This document shows, one piece after another, positions 39,401 to 54,500 of a stretch of 64,000 nucleotides of DNA (position 1 is the first letter of the stretch; every line of letters begins with the position of its first letter). A program made the translations under genes and the position numbers. Below the pieces are notes generated by a model. That model was not told where the DNA came from, searched no databases, and was given only the letters and a program-made list of their open reading frames with translations. The DNA comes from Eledone cirrhosa (Eukaryota), in assembly GCA_964016885.1 (NCBI GenBank), contig OZ024741.1, positions 209,622,001 through 209,686,000 on the forward strand. Direction: 5' to 3'.

Positions 39401-40849
39401 AAACTTAACTTAACCGCAACTTAACTTAACCCCAACCTAACTTAACCCCAACTTAACTTAACCGCAACTTAACTTAACCGCAACCTAACTTAACCCCAAC
39501 TTAACTTAACCGCAACTTAACCCCAACTTAGCTTAACCCTAACCCTTGGTGGGATCGATCTGTAATTACTGGTACATGTGCAGACACTCATTGGCTGTGT
39601 GTGGCCTGATTTTTAGAAAGATATCTCCGTAAAATAACGAGTGGTGGCTGCGTAAAATAATGAATTACGCACGAAAATGAGAAAATTTCGATTCTCGATC
39701 GTGGGCCGGCCGGATGTCGGATCGATTCGTAAATACAAGGATAATGTGCGGGCACTCCTTGGCTGTGTGCGGCATGATTTTCAGGACGATATCTCCGTAA
39801 AATCAAGAGTTGATAACCCCAACTTAACTTAACCCCAACTTAACTTAACCGCAACTTTACTTAACCGCAACCTAACTTAACCCCAACTTAACTTAACCGC
39901 AACCTAACTTAACCCCAACTTAACTTAACCCCAACTTAACTTAACCTCAACCTAACTTAACCCCAACTTAACTTAACCGCAACTTAACTTAACCGCAACC
40001 TAACTTAACCCCAACTTAAATTAACCGCAACTTAACTTAACCGCAACTTAGCTTAACCCCAACCCTTGGTGGGATCGATCTGTAATTACTGGTACATGTG
40101 CAGACACTCATTGGCTGTGTGTGGCCTGATTTTCAGAAAGATATCTCCGTAAAATAACGAGTGGTGGCTGCGTAAAATAATGAATTACGCACGAAAATGA
40201 GAAAATTTCGATTCTCGATCGTGGGCCGACCGGATGTCGGATCGATTCGTAAATACAAGGATAATGTGCGGACACTCCTTGGCTGTGTGCGGCATGATTT
40301 TCAGGACGATATCTCCGTAAAATCAAGAGTTGATAACCCCAACTTAACTTAACCCCAACTTAACTTAACCGCAACTTAACTTAACCGCAACCTAACTTAA
40401 CCCCAACTTAACTTAACCGCAACCTAACTTAACCCCAACTTAACTTAACCGCAACTTAACTTAACCCCCACTTAACTTAACCCCAACTTAACTTAACCGC
40501 AACTTAACTTAACCGCAACCTAACTTAACCCCAACTTAACTTAACCGCAACTTAACTTAACCGCAACTTAGCTTAACCCCAACCCTTGGTGGGATCGATC
40601 TGTAATTACTGGTACATGTGCAGACACTCATTGGCTGTGTGTGGCCTGATTTTCAGAAAGATATCTCCGTAAAATAACGAGTGGTGGCTGCGTAAAATAA
40701 TGAATTACGCACGAAAATGAGAAAATTTCGATTCTCGATCGTGGGCCGGCCGGATGTCGGATCGATTCGTAAATACAAGGATAATGTGCGGACACTCCTT
40801 GGCTGTGTGCGGCATGATTTTCAGGACGATATCTCCGTAAAATCAAGAG

Positions 40850-43800
40850 TTGATAACCCCAACTTAACTTAACCCCAACTTAACTTAACCCCAACTTAAC
40901 TTAACCCCAACTTAACTTAACCGCAACTTAACTTAACCGCAACCTAACTTAACCCCAACTTAGCTTAACCGCAACTTAACTTAACCCCAACCTAACTTAA
41001 CCCCAACTTAACTTAACCGCAACTTAACTTAACCGCAACCTAACTTAACCCCAACTTAACTTAACCGCAACTTAACTTAACCGCAACTTAGCTTAACCCC
41101 AACCCTTGGTGGGATCGATCTGTAATTACTGGTACATGTGCAGACACTCATTGGCTGTGTGTGGCCTGATTTTCAGAAAGATATCTCCGTAAAATAACGA
41201 GTGGTGGCTGCGTAAAATAATGAATTACGCACGAAAATGAGAAAATTTCGATTCTCGATCGTGGGCCGGCCGGATGTCGGATCGATTCGTAAATACAAGG
41301 ATAATGTGCGGACACTCCTTGGCTGTGTGCGGCATGATTTTCAGGACGATATCTCCGTAAAATCAAGAGTTGATAACCCCAACTTAACTTAACCCCAACT
41401 TAACTTAACCGCAACTTAACTTAACCGCAACCTAACTTAACCCCAACTTAACTTAACCGCAACCTAACTTAACCCCAACTTAACTTAACCGCAACTTAAC
41501 TTAACCCCAACCTAACTTAACCCCAACTTAACTTAACCGCAACTTAACTTAACCGCAACCTAACTTAACCCTAACTTAACTTAACCGCAACTTAACTTAA
41601 CCGCAACTTAGCTTAACCCTAACCCTTGGTGGGATCGATCTGTAATTACTGGTACATGTGCAGACACTCATTGGCTGTGTGTGGCCTGATTTCCAGAAAG
41701 ATATCTCCGTAAAATAACGAGTGGTGGCTGCGTAAAATAATGAATTACGCACGAAAATGAGAAAATTTCGATTCTCGATCGTGGGCCGGCCGGATGTCGG
41801 ATCGATTCGTAAATACAAGGATAATGTGCGGACACTCCTTGGCTGTGTGCGGCATGATTTTCAGGACGATATCTCCGTAAAATCAAGAGTTGATAACCCC
41901 AACTTAACTTAACCGCAACTTAACTTAACCGCAACCTAACTTAACCCTAACTTAACTTAACCGCAACTTAACTTAACCGCAACTTAGCTTAACCCCAACC
42001 CTTAGTGGGATCGATCTGTAATTACTGGTACATGTGCAGACACTCATTGGCTGTGTGTGGCCTGATTTTCAGAAAGATATCTCCGTAAAATAACGAGTGG
42101 TGGCTGCGTAAAATAATGAATTACGCACGAAAATGAGAAAATTTCGATTCTCGATCGTGGGCCGGCCGGATGTCGGATCGATTCGTAAATACAAGGATAA
42201 TGTGCGGACACTCCTTGGCTGTGTGCGGCATGATTTTCAGGACGATATCTCCGTAAAATCAAGAGTTGATAACCCCAACTTAACTTAACCCCAACTTAAC
42301 TTAACCGCAACTTAACTTAACCGCAACCTAACTTAACCCCAACTTAACTTAACCGCAACCTAACTTAACCCAAACTTAAGTTAACCGCAACTTAACTTAA
42401 CCCCAACCTAACTTAACCCCAACTTAACTTAACCGCAGCTTAACTTAACCGCAACCTAACTTAACCCCAACTTAACTTAACCGCAACTTAACCCCAACTT
42501 AGCTTAACCCCAACCCTGGGTGGGATCGATCTGTAATTACTGGTACATGTGCAGACACTCATTGGCTGTGTGTGGCCTGATTTTTAGAAAGATATCTCCG
42601 TAAAATAACGAGTGGTGGCTGCGTAAAATAATGAATTACGCACGAAAATGAGAAAATTTCGATTCTCGATCGTGGGCCGGCCGGATGTCGGATCGATTCG
42701 TAAATACAAGGATAATGTGCGGACACTCCTTGGCTGTGTGCGGCATGATTTTCAGGACGATATCTCCGTAAAATCAAGAGTTGATAACCCCAACTTAACT
42801 TAACCCCAACTTAACTTAACCGCAACTTTAATTAACCGCAACCTAACTTAACCCCGACTTAACTTAACCGCAACCTAACTTAACCCCAACTTAACTTAAC
42901 CCCAACTTAACTTAACCCCAACCTAACTTAACCCCAACTTAACTTAACCGCAACTTAACTTAACCGCAACCTAACTTAACCCCAACTTAACTTAACCGCA
43001 ACTTAACTTAACCGCAACTTAGCTTAACCCCAACCCTTGGTGGGATCGATCTGTAATTACTGGTACATGTGCAGACACTCATTGGCTGTGTGTGGCCTGA
43101 TTTTCAGAAAGATATCTCCGTAAAATAACGAGTGGTGGCTGCGTAAAATAATGAATTACGCACGAAAATGAGAAAATTTCGATTCTCGATCGTGGGCCGG
43201 CCGGATGTCGGATCGATTCGTAAATACAAAGATAATGTGCGGACACTCCTTGGCTGTGTGCGGCATGATTTTCAGGACGATATCTCCGTAAAATCAAGAG
43301 TTGATAACCCCAACTTAACTTAACCCCAACTTAACTTAACCGCAACTTAACTTAACCGCAACCTAACTTAACCCCAACTTAACTTAACCGCAACCTAACT
43401 TAACCCCAACTTAACTTAACCGCAACTTAACTTAACCCCAACCTAACTTAACCCCAACTTAACTTAACCGCAACTTAACTTAACCGCAACCTAACTTAAC
43501 CCCAACTTAACTTAACCGCAACTTAACTTAACCGCAACTTAGCTTAACCCCAACCCTTGGTGGGATCGATCTGTAATTACTGGTATATGTGCAGACACTC
43601 ATTGGCTGTGTGTGGCCTGATTTTCAGAAAGATATCTCCGTAAAATAACGAGTGGTGGCTGCGTAAAATAATGAATTACGCACGAAAATGAGAAAATTTC
43701 GATTCTCGATCGTGGGCCGACCGGATGTCGGATCGATTCGTAAATACAAGGATAATGTGCGGACACTCCTTGGCTGTGTGCCGCATGATTTTCAGGACGA

Positions 43801-45520
43801 TATCTCCGTAAAATCAAGAGTTGATAACCCCAACTTAACTTAACCCCAACTTAACTTAACCCCAACTTAACTTAACCCCAACTTAACTTAACCGCAACTT
43901 AACTTAACCGCAACCTAACTTAACCCCAACTTAGCTTAACCGCAACTTAACTTAACCCCAACCTAACTTAACCCCAACTTAACTTAACCGCAACTTAACT
44001 TAACCGCAACCTAACTTAACCCCAACTTAACTTAACCGCAACTTAACTTAACCGCAACTTAGCTTAACCCCAACCCTTGGTGGGATCGATCTGTAATTAC
44101 TGGTACATGTGCAGACACTCATTGGCTGTGTGTGGCCTGATTTTCAGAAAGATATCTCCGTAAAATAACGAGTGGTGGCTGCGTAAAATAATGAATTACG
44201 CACGAAAATGAGAAAATTTCGATTCTCGATCGTGGGCCGGCCGGATGTCGGATCGATTCGTAAATACAAGGATAATGTGCGGACACTCCTTGGCTGTGTG
44301 CGGCATGATTTTCAGGACGATATCTCCGTAAAATCAAGAGTTGATAACCCCAACTTAACTTAACCCCAACTTAACTTAACCGCAACTTAACTTAACCGCA
44401 ACCTAACTTAACCCCAACTTAACTTAACCGCAACCTAACTTAACCCCAACTTAACTTAACCGCAACTTAACTTAACCCCAACCTAACTTAACCCCAACTT
44501 AACTTAACCGCAACTTAACTTAACCGCAACCTAACTTAACCCTAACTTAACTTAACCGCAACTTAACTTAACCGCAACTTAGCTTAACCCTAACCCTTGG
44601 TGGGATCGATCTGTAATTACTGGTACATGTGCAGACACTCATTGGCTGTGTGTGGCCTGATTTCCAGAAAGATATCTCCGTAAAATAACGAGTGGTGGCT
44701 GCGTAAAATAATGAATTACGCACGAAAATGAGAAAATTTCGATTCTCGATCGTGGGCCGGCCGGATGTCGGATCGATTCGTAAATACAAGGATAATGTGC
44801 GGACACTCCTTGGCTGTGTGCGGCATGATTTTCAGGACGATATCTCCGTAAAATCAAGAGTTGATAACCCCAACTTAACTTAACCGCAACTTAACTTAAC
44901 CGCAACCTAACTTAACCCTAACTTAACTTAACCGCAACTTAACTTAACCGCAACTTAGCTTAACCCCAACCCTTAGTGGGATCGATCTGTAATTACTGGT
45001 ACATGTGCAGACACTCATTGGCTGTGTGTGGCCTGATTTTCAGAAAGATATCTCCGTAAAATAACGAGTGGTGGCTGCGTAAAATAATGAATTACGCACG
45101 AAAATGAGAAAATTTCGATTCTCGATCGTGGGCCGGCCGGATGTCGGATCGATTCGTAAATACAAGGATAATGTGCGGACACTCCTTGGCTGTGTGCGGC
45201 ATGATTTTCAGGACGATATCTCCGTAAAATCAAGAGTTGATAACCCCAACTTAACTTAACCCCAACTTAACTTAACCGCAACTTAACTTAACCGCAACCT
45301 AACTTAACCCCAACTTAACTTAACCGCAACCTAACTTAACCCAAACTTAAGTTAACCGCAACTTAACTTAACCCCAACCTAACTTAACCCCAACTTAACT
45401 TAACCGCAGCTTAACTTAACCGCAACCTAACTTAACCCCAACTTAACTTAACCGCAACTTAACCCCAACTTAGCTTAACCCCAACCCTTGGTGGGATCGA
45501 TCTGTAATTACTGGTACATG
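40850..45520. repeat. Higher-order repeat, 2971-bp 6-mer, ~1.6 copies, with further dispersed copies near 48.4-51.9 kb and partial copies at 53-57.8 kb
   Basis: 41148/44119, 41668/44639 and 42044/45015 are offset by 2971 (520+376+515+520+520+520). The series 41148…44119 recurs at +7577 (48725…51696). Confidence 0.88.
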
Positions 45521-45584
45521 TGCGGACACTCCTTGGCTGTGTGCGGCATGATTTTCAGGACGATATCTCCGTAAAATCAAGAGT
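45238..45584 (+). other. Deletion-derivative monomer (347 bp) with a hybrid R1/R2 core, 168 bp lost
   Basis: The sequence reads ctggtacATGTGCggacactccttgg at 45511-45536, which joins the R1 upstream flank to the R2 body. The spacing 45015 to 45754 is 739 = (515-168)+392. Confidence 0.95.
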
Positions 45585-48500
45585 TGATAACCCCAACTTA
45601 ACTTAACCCCAACTTAACTTAACCGCAACTTTACTTAACCGCAACCTAACTTAACCCCAACTTAACTTAACCGCAACTTAACTTAACCGCAACTTAGCTT
45701 AACCCCAACCCTTGGTGGGATCGATCTGTAATTACTGGTACATGTGCAGACACTCATTGGCTGTGTGTGGCCTGATTTTCAGAAAGATATCTCCGTAAAA
45801 TAACGAGTGGTGGCTGCGTAAAATAATGAATTATGCACGAAAATGAGAAAATTTCGATTCTCGATCGTGGGCCGGCCGGATGTCGGATCGATTCGTAAAT
45901 ACAAGGATAATGTGCGGACACTCCTTGGCTGTGTGCGGCATGATTTTCAGGACGATATCTCCGTAAAATCAAGAGTTGATATCCCCAACTTAACTTAACC
46001 CCAACTTAACTTAACCGCAACTTAACTTAACCGCAACCTAACTTAACCCCAACTTAACTTAACCGCAACCTAACTTAACCCCAACTTAACTTAACCGCAA
46101 CTTAACTTAACCGCAACTTAGCTTAACCCCAACCCTTGGTGGGATCGATCTGTAATTACTGGTACATGTGCAGACATTCATTGGCTGTGTTTGGCCTGAT
46201 TTTCAGAAAGATATCTCCGTAAAATAACGAGTGGTGGCTGCGTAAAATAATGAATTACGCACGAAAATGAGAAAATTTCGATTCTCGATCGTGGGCCGGC
46301 CGGATGTCGGATCGATTCGTAAATACAAGGATAATGTGCGGACACTCCTTGGCTGTGTGCGGCATGATTTTCAGGACGATATCTCCGTAAAATCAAGAGT
46401 TGATAACCCCAACTTAATTTAACCCCAACTTAACTTAACCGCAACTTAACTTAACCCAAACTTAACTTAACCGCAACTTAACTTAACCCCAACCTAACTT
46501 AACCCCAACTTAACTTAACCGCAACTTAACTTAACCGCAACCTAACTTAACCCCAACTTAACTTAACCGCAACTTAACCCCAACTTAGCTTAACCCTAAC
46601 CCTTGGTGGGATCGATCTGTAATTACTGGTACATGTGCAGACACTCATTGGCTGTGTGTGGCCTGATTTTTAGAAAGATATCTCCGTAAAATAACGAGTG
46701 GTGGCTGCGTAAAATAATGAATTACGCACGAAAATGAGAAAATTTCGATTCTCGATCGTGGGCCGGCCGGATGTCGGATCGATTCGTAAATACAAGGATA
46801 ATGTGCGGGCACTCCTTGGCTGTGTGCGGCATGATTTTCAGGACGATATCTCCGTAAAATCAAGAGTTGATAACCCCAACTTAACTTAACCCCAACTTAA
46901 CTTAACCGCAACTTTACTTAACCGCAACCTAACTTAACCCCAACTTAACTTAACCGCAACCTAACTTAACCCCAACTTAACTTAACCCCAACTTAACTTA
47001 ACCCCAACCTAACTTAACCCCAACTTAACTTAACCGCAACTTAACTTAACCGCAACCTAACTTAACCCCAACTTAAATTAACCGCAACTTAACTTAACCG
47101 CAACTTAGCTTAACCCCAACCCTTGGTGGGATCGATCTGTAATTACTGGTACATGTGCAGACACTCATTGGCTGTGTGTGGCCTGATTTTCAGAAAGATA
47201 TCTCCGTAAAATAACGAGTGGTGGCTGCGTAAAATAATGAATTACGCACGAAAATGAGAAAATTTCGATTCTCGATCGTGGGCCGGCCGGATGTCGGATC
47301 GATTCGTAAATACAAGGATAATGTGCGGACACTCCTTGGCTGTGTGCGGCATGATTTTCAGGACGATATCTCCGTAAAATCAAGAGTTGATAACCCCAAC
47401 TTAACTTAACCCCAACTTAACTTAACCGCAACTTAACTTAACCGCAACCTAACTTAACCCCAACTTAACTTAACCGCAACCTAACTTAACCCCAACTTAA
47501 CTTAACCGCAACTTAACTTAACCCCCACTTAACTTAACCCCAACTTAACTTAACCGCAACTTAACTTAACCGCAACCTAACTTAACCCCAACTTAACTTA
47601 ACCGCAACTTAACTTAACCGCAACTTAGCTTAACCCCAACCCTTGGTGGGATCGATCTGTAATTACTGGTATATGTGCAGACACTCATTGGCTGTGTGTG
47701 GCCTGATTTTCAGAAAGATATCTCCGTAAAATAACGAGTGGTGGCTGCGTAAAATAATGAATTACGCACGAAAATGAGAAAATTTCCATTCTCGATCGTG
47801 GGCCGGCCGGATGTCGGATCGATTCGTAAATACAAGGATAATGTGCGGACACTCCTTGGCTGTGTGCGGCATGATTTTCAGGACGATATCTCCGTAAAAT
47901 CAAGAGTTGATAACCCCAACTTAACTTAACCCCAACTTAACTTAACCGCAACTTAACTTAACCGCAACCTAACTTAACCCCAACTTAACTTAACCGCAAC
48001 CTAACTTAACCCCAACTTAACTTAACCGCAACTTAACTTAACCCCAACCTAACTTAACCCCAACTTAACTTAACCGCAACTTAACTTAACCGCAACCTAA
48101 CTTAACCCCAACTTAACTTAACCGCAACTTAACTTAACCGCAACTTAGCTTAACCCCAACCCTTGGTGGGATCGATCTGTAATTACTGGTACATGTGCAG
48201 ACACTCATTGGCTGTGTGTGGCCTGATTTTCAGAAAGATATCTCCGTAAAATAACGAGTGGTGGCTGCGTAAAATAATGAATTACGCACGAAAATGAGAA
48301 AATTTCGATTCTCGATCGTGGGCCGGCCGGATGTCGGATCGATTCGTAAATACAAGGATAATGTGCGGACACTCCTTGGCTGTGTGCGGCATGATTTTCA
48401 GGACGATATCTCCGTAAAATCAAGAGTTGATAACCCCAACTTAACTTAACCCCAACTTAACTTAACCCCAACTTAACTTAACCCCAACTTAACTTAACCG

Positions 48501-51500
48501 CAACTTAACTTAACCGCAACCTAACTTAACCCCAACTTAGCTTAACCGCAACTTAACTTAACCCCAACCTAACTTAACCCCAACTTAACTTAACCGCAAC
48601 TTAACTTAACCGCAACCTAACTTAACCCCAACTTAACTTAACCGCAACTTAACTTAACCGCAACTTAGCTTAACCCCAACCCTTGGTGGGATCGATCTGT
48701 AATTACTGGTACATGTGCAGACACTCATTGGCTGTGTGTGGCCTGATTTTCAGAAAGATATCTCCGTAAAATAACGAGTGGTGGCTGCGTAAAATAATGA
48801 ATTACGCACGAAAATGAGAAAATTTCGATTCTCGATCGTGGGCCGGCCGGATGTCGGATCGATTCGTAAATACAAGGATAATGTGCGGACACTCCTTGGC
48901 TGTGTGCGGCATGATTTTCAGGACGATATCTCCGTAAAATCAAGAGTTGATAACCCCAACTTAACTTAACCCCAACTTAACTTAACCGCAACTTAACTTA
49001 ACCGCAACCTAACTTAACCCCAACTTAACTTAACCGCAACCTAACTTAACCCCAACTTAACTTAACCGCAACTTAACTTAACCCCAACCTAACTTAACCC
49101 CAACTTAACTTAACCGCAACTTAACTTAACCGCAACCTAACTTAACCCTAACTTAACTTAACCGCAACTTAACTTAACCGCAACTTAGCTTAACCCTAAC
49201 CCTTGGTGGGATCGATCTGTAATTACTGGTACATGTGCAGACACTCATTGGCTGTGTGTGGCCTGATTTCCAGAAAGATATCTCCGTAAAATAACGAGTG
49301 GTGGCTGCGTAAAATAATGAATTACGCACGAAAATGAGAAAATTTCGATTCTCGATCGTGGGCCGGCCGGATGTCGGATCGATTCGTAAATACAAGGATA
49401 ATGTGCGGACACTCCTTGGCTGTGTGCGGCATGATTTTCAGGACGATATCTCCGTAAAATCAAGAGTTGATAACCCCAACTTAACTTAACCGCAACTTAA
49501 CTTAACCGCAACCTAACTTAACCCTAACTTAACTTAACCGCAACTTAACTTAACCGCAACTTAGCTTAACCCCAACCCTTAGTGGGATCGATCTGTAATT
49601 ACTGGTACATGTGCAGACACTCATTGGCTGTGTGTGGCCTGATTTTCAGAAAGATATCTCCGTAAAATAACGAGTGGTGGCTGCGTAAAATAATGAATTA
49701 CGCACGAAAATGAGAAAATTTCGATTCTCGATCGTGGGCCGGCCGGATGTCGGATCGATTCGTAAATACAAGGATAATGTGCGGACACTCCTTGGCTGTG
49801 TGCGGCATGATTTTCAGGACGATATCTCCGTAAAATCAAGAGTTGATAACCCCAACTTAACTTAACCCCAACTTAACTTAACCGCAACTTAACTTAACCG
49901 CAACCTAACTTAACCCCAACTTAACTTAACCGCAACCTAACTTAACCCAAACTTAAGTTAACCGCAACTTAACTTAACCCCAACCTAACTTAACCCCAAC
50001 TTAACTTAACCGCAGCTTAACTTAACCGCAACCTAACTTAACCCCAACTTAACTTAACCGCAACTTAACCCCAACTTAGCTTAACCCCAACCCTTGGTGG
50101 GATCGATCTGTAATTACTGGTACATGTGCAGACACTCATTGGCTGTGTGTGGCCTGATTTTTAGAAAGATATCTCCGTAAAATAACGAGTGGTGGCTGCG
50201 TAAAATAATGAATTACGCACGAAAATGAGAAAATTTCGATTCTCGATCGTGGGCCGGCCGGATGTCGGATCGATTCGTAAATACAAGGATAATGTGCGGA
50301 CACTCCTTGGCTGTGTGCGGCATGATTTTCAGGACGATATCTCCGTAAAATCAAGAGTTGATAACCCCAACTTAACTTAACCCCAACTTAACTTAACCGC
50401 AACTTTAATTAACCGCAACCTAACTTAACCCCGACTTAACTTAACCGCAACCTAACTTAACCCCAACTTAACTTAACCCCAACTTAACTTAACCCCAACC
50501 TAACTTAACCCCAACTTAACTTAACCGCAACTTAACTTAACCGCAACCTAACTTAACCCCAACTTAACTTAACCGCAACTTAACTTAACCGCAACTTAGC
50601 TTAACCCCAACCCTTGGTGGGATCGATCTGTAATTACTGGTACATGTGCAGACACTCATTGGCTGTGTGTGGCCTGATTTTCAGAAAGATATCTCCGTAA
50701 AATAACGAGTGGTGGCTGCGTAAAATAATGAATTACGCACGAAAATGAGAAAATTTCGATTCTCGATCGTGGGCCGGCCGGATGTCGAATCGATTCGTAA
50801 ATACAAGGATAATGTGCGGACACTCCTTGGCTGTGTGCGGCATGATTTTCAGGACGATATCTCCGTAAAATCAAGAGTTGATAACCCCAACTTAACTTAA
50901 CCCCAACTTAACTTAACCGCAACTTAACTTAACCGCAACCTAACTTAACCCCAACTTAACTTAACCGCAACCTAACTTAACCCCAACTTAACTTAACCGC
51001 AACTTAACTTAACCCCAACCTAACTTAACCCCAACTTAACTTAACCGCAACTTAACTTAACCGCAACCTAACTTAACCCCAACTTAACTTAACCGCAACT
51101 TAACTTAACCGCAACTTAGCTTAACCCCAACCCTTGGTGGGATCGATCTGTAATTACTGGTATATGTGCAGACACTCATTGGCTGTGTGTGGCCTGATTT
51201 TCAGAAAGATATCTCCGTAAAATAACGAGTGGTGGCTGCGTAAAATAATGAATTACGCACGAAAATGAGAAAATTTCGATTCTCGATCGTGGGCCGACCG
51301 GATGTCGGATCGATTCGTAAATACAAGGATAATGTGCGGACACTCCTTGGCTGTGTGCCGCATGATTTTCAGGACGATATCTCCGTAAAATCAAGAGTTG
51401 ATAACCCCAACTTAACTTAACCCCAACTTAACTTAACCCCAACTTAACTTAACCCCAACTTAACTTAACCGCAACTTAACTTAACCGCAACCTAACTTAA

Positions 51501-54500
51501 CCCCAACTTAGCTTAACCGCAACTTAACTTAACCCCAACCTAACTTAACCCCAACTTAACTTATCCGCAACTTAACTTAACCGCAACCTAACTTAACCCC
51601 AACTTAACTTAACCGCAACTTAACTTAACCGCAACTTAGCTTAACCCCAACCCTTGGTGGGATCGATCTGTAATTACTGGTACATGTGCAGACACTCATT
51701 GGCTGTGTGTGGCCTGATTTTCAGAAAGATATCTCCGTAAAATAACGAGTGGTGGCTGCGTAAAATAATGAATTACGCACGAAAATGAGAAAATTTCGAT
51801 TCTCGATCGTGGGCCGGCCGGATGTCGGATCGATTCGTAAATACAAGGATAATGTGCGGACACTCCTTGGCTGTGTGCGGCATGATTTTCAGGACGATAT
51901 CTCCGTAAAATCAAGAGTTGATAACCCCAACTTAACTTAACCCCAACTTAACTTAACCGCAACTTAACTTAACCGCAACCTAACTTAACCCCAACTTAAC
52001 TTAACCGCAACCTAACTTAACCCAAACTTAAGTTAACCGCAACTTAACTTAACCCCAACCTAACTTAACCCCAACTTAACTTAACCGCAGCTTAACTTAA
52101 CCGCAACCTAACTTAACCCCAACTTAACTTAACCGCAACTTAACCCCAACTTAGCTTAACCCCAACCCTTGGTGGGATCGATCTGTAATTACTGGTACAT
52201 GTGCAGACACTCATTGGCTGTGTGTGGCCTGATTTTTAGAAAGATATCTCCGTAAAATAACGAGTGGTGGCTGCGTAAAATAATGAATTACGCACGAAAA
52301 TGAGAAAATTTCGATTCTCGATCGTGGGCCGGCCGGATGTCGGATCGATTCGTAAATACAAGGATAATGTGCGGACACTCCTTGGCTGTGTGCGGCATGA
52401 TTTTCAGGACGATATCTCCGTAAAATCAAGAGTTGATAACCCCAACTTAACTTAACCCCAACTTAACTTAACCGCAACTTAACTTAACCGCAACCTAACT
52501 TAACCCCAACTTAACTTAACCGCAACCTAACTTAACCCCAACTTAACTTAACCGCAACTTAACTTAACCCCAACCTAACTTAACCCCAACTTAACTTAAC
52601 CGCAACTTAACTTAACCGCAACCTAACTTAACCCCAACTTAACTTAACCGCAACTTAACTTAACCGCAACTTAGCTTAACCCCAACCCTTGGTGGGATCG
52701 ATCTGTAATTACTGGTACATGTGCAGACACTCATTGGCTGTGTGTGGCCTGATTTTCAGAAAGATATCTCCGTAAAATAACGAGTGGTGGCTGCGTAAAA
52801 TAATGAATTACGCACGAAAATGAGAAAATTTCGATTCTCGATCGTGGGCCGGCCGGATGTCGGATCGATTCGTAAATACAAGGATAATGTGCGGACACTC
52901 CTTGGCTGTGTGCGGCATGATTTTCAGGACGATATCTCCGTAAAATCAAGAGTTGATAACCCCAACTTAACTTAACCCCAACTTAACTTAACCCCAACTT
53001 AACTTAACCCCAACTTAACTTAACCGCAACTTAACTTAACCGCAACCTAACTTAACCCCAACTTAGCTTAACCGCAACTTAACTTAACCCCAACCTAACT
53101 TAACCCCAACTTAACTTAACCGCAACTTAACTTAACCGCAACCTAACTTAACCCCAATTTAACTTAACCGCAACTTAACTTAACCGCAACTTAGCTTAAC
53201 CCCAACCCTTGGTGGGATCGATCTGTAATTACTGGTACATGTGCAGACACTCATTGGCTGTGTGTGGCCTGATTTTCAGAAAGATATCTCCGTAAAATAA
53301 CGAGTGGTGGCTGCGTAAAATAATGAATTACGCACGAAAATGAGAAAATTTCGATTCTCGATCGTGGGCCGGCCGGATGTCGGATCGATTCGTAAATACA
53401 AGGATAATGTGCGGACACTCCTTGGCTGTGTGCGGCATGATTTTCAGGACGATATCTCCGTAAAATCAAGAGTTGATAACCCCAACTTAACTTAACCCCA
53501 ACTTAACTTAACCGCAACTTAACTTAACCGCAACCTAACTTAACCCCAACTTAACTTAACCGCAACCTAACTTAACCCCAACTTAACTTAACCGCAACTT
53601 AACTTAACCCCAACCTAACTTAACCCCAACTTAACTTAACCGCAACTTAACTTAACCGCAACCTAACTTAACCCTAACTTAACTTAACCGCAACTTAACT
53701 TAACCGCAACTTAGCTTAACCCTAACCCTTGGTGGGATCGATCTGTAATTACTGGTACATGTGCAGACACTCATTGGCTGTGTGTGGCCTGATTTCCAGA
53801 AAGATATCTCCGTAAAATAACGAGTGGTGGCTGCGTAAAATAATGAATTACGCACGAAAATGAGAAAATTTCGATTCTCGATCGTGGGCCGGCCGGATGT
53901 CGGATCGATTCGTAAATACAAGGATAATGTGCGGACACTCCTTGGCTGTGTGCGGCATGATTTTCAGGACGATATCTCCGTAAAATCAAGAGTTGATAAC
54001 CCCAACTTAACTTAACCCCAACTTAACTTAACCGCAACTTAACTTAACCGCAACCTAACTTAACCCCAACTTAACTTAACCGCAACCTAACTTAACCCAA
54101 ACTTAAGTTAACCGCAACTTAACTTAACCCCAACCTAACTTAACCCCAACTTAACTTAACCGCAGCTTAACTTAACCGCAACCTAACTTAACCCCAACTT
54201 AACTTAACCGCAACTTAACCCCAACTTAGCTTAACCCCAACCCTTGGTGGGATCGATCTGTAATTACTGGTACATGTGCAGACACTCATTGGCTGTGTGT
54301 GGCCTGATTTTTAGAAAGATATCTCCGTAAAATAACGAGTGGTGGCTGCGTAAAATAATGAATTACGCACGAAAATGAGAAAATTTCGATTCTCGATCGT
54401 GGGCCGGCCGGATGTCGGATCGATTCGTAAATACAAGGATAATGTGCGGACACTCCTTGGCTGTGTGCGGCATGATTTTCAGGACGATATCTCCGTAAAA

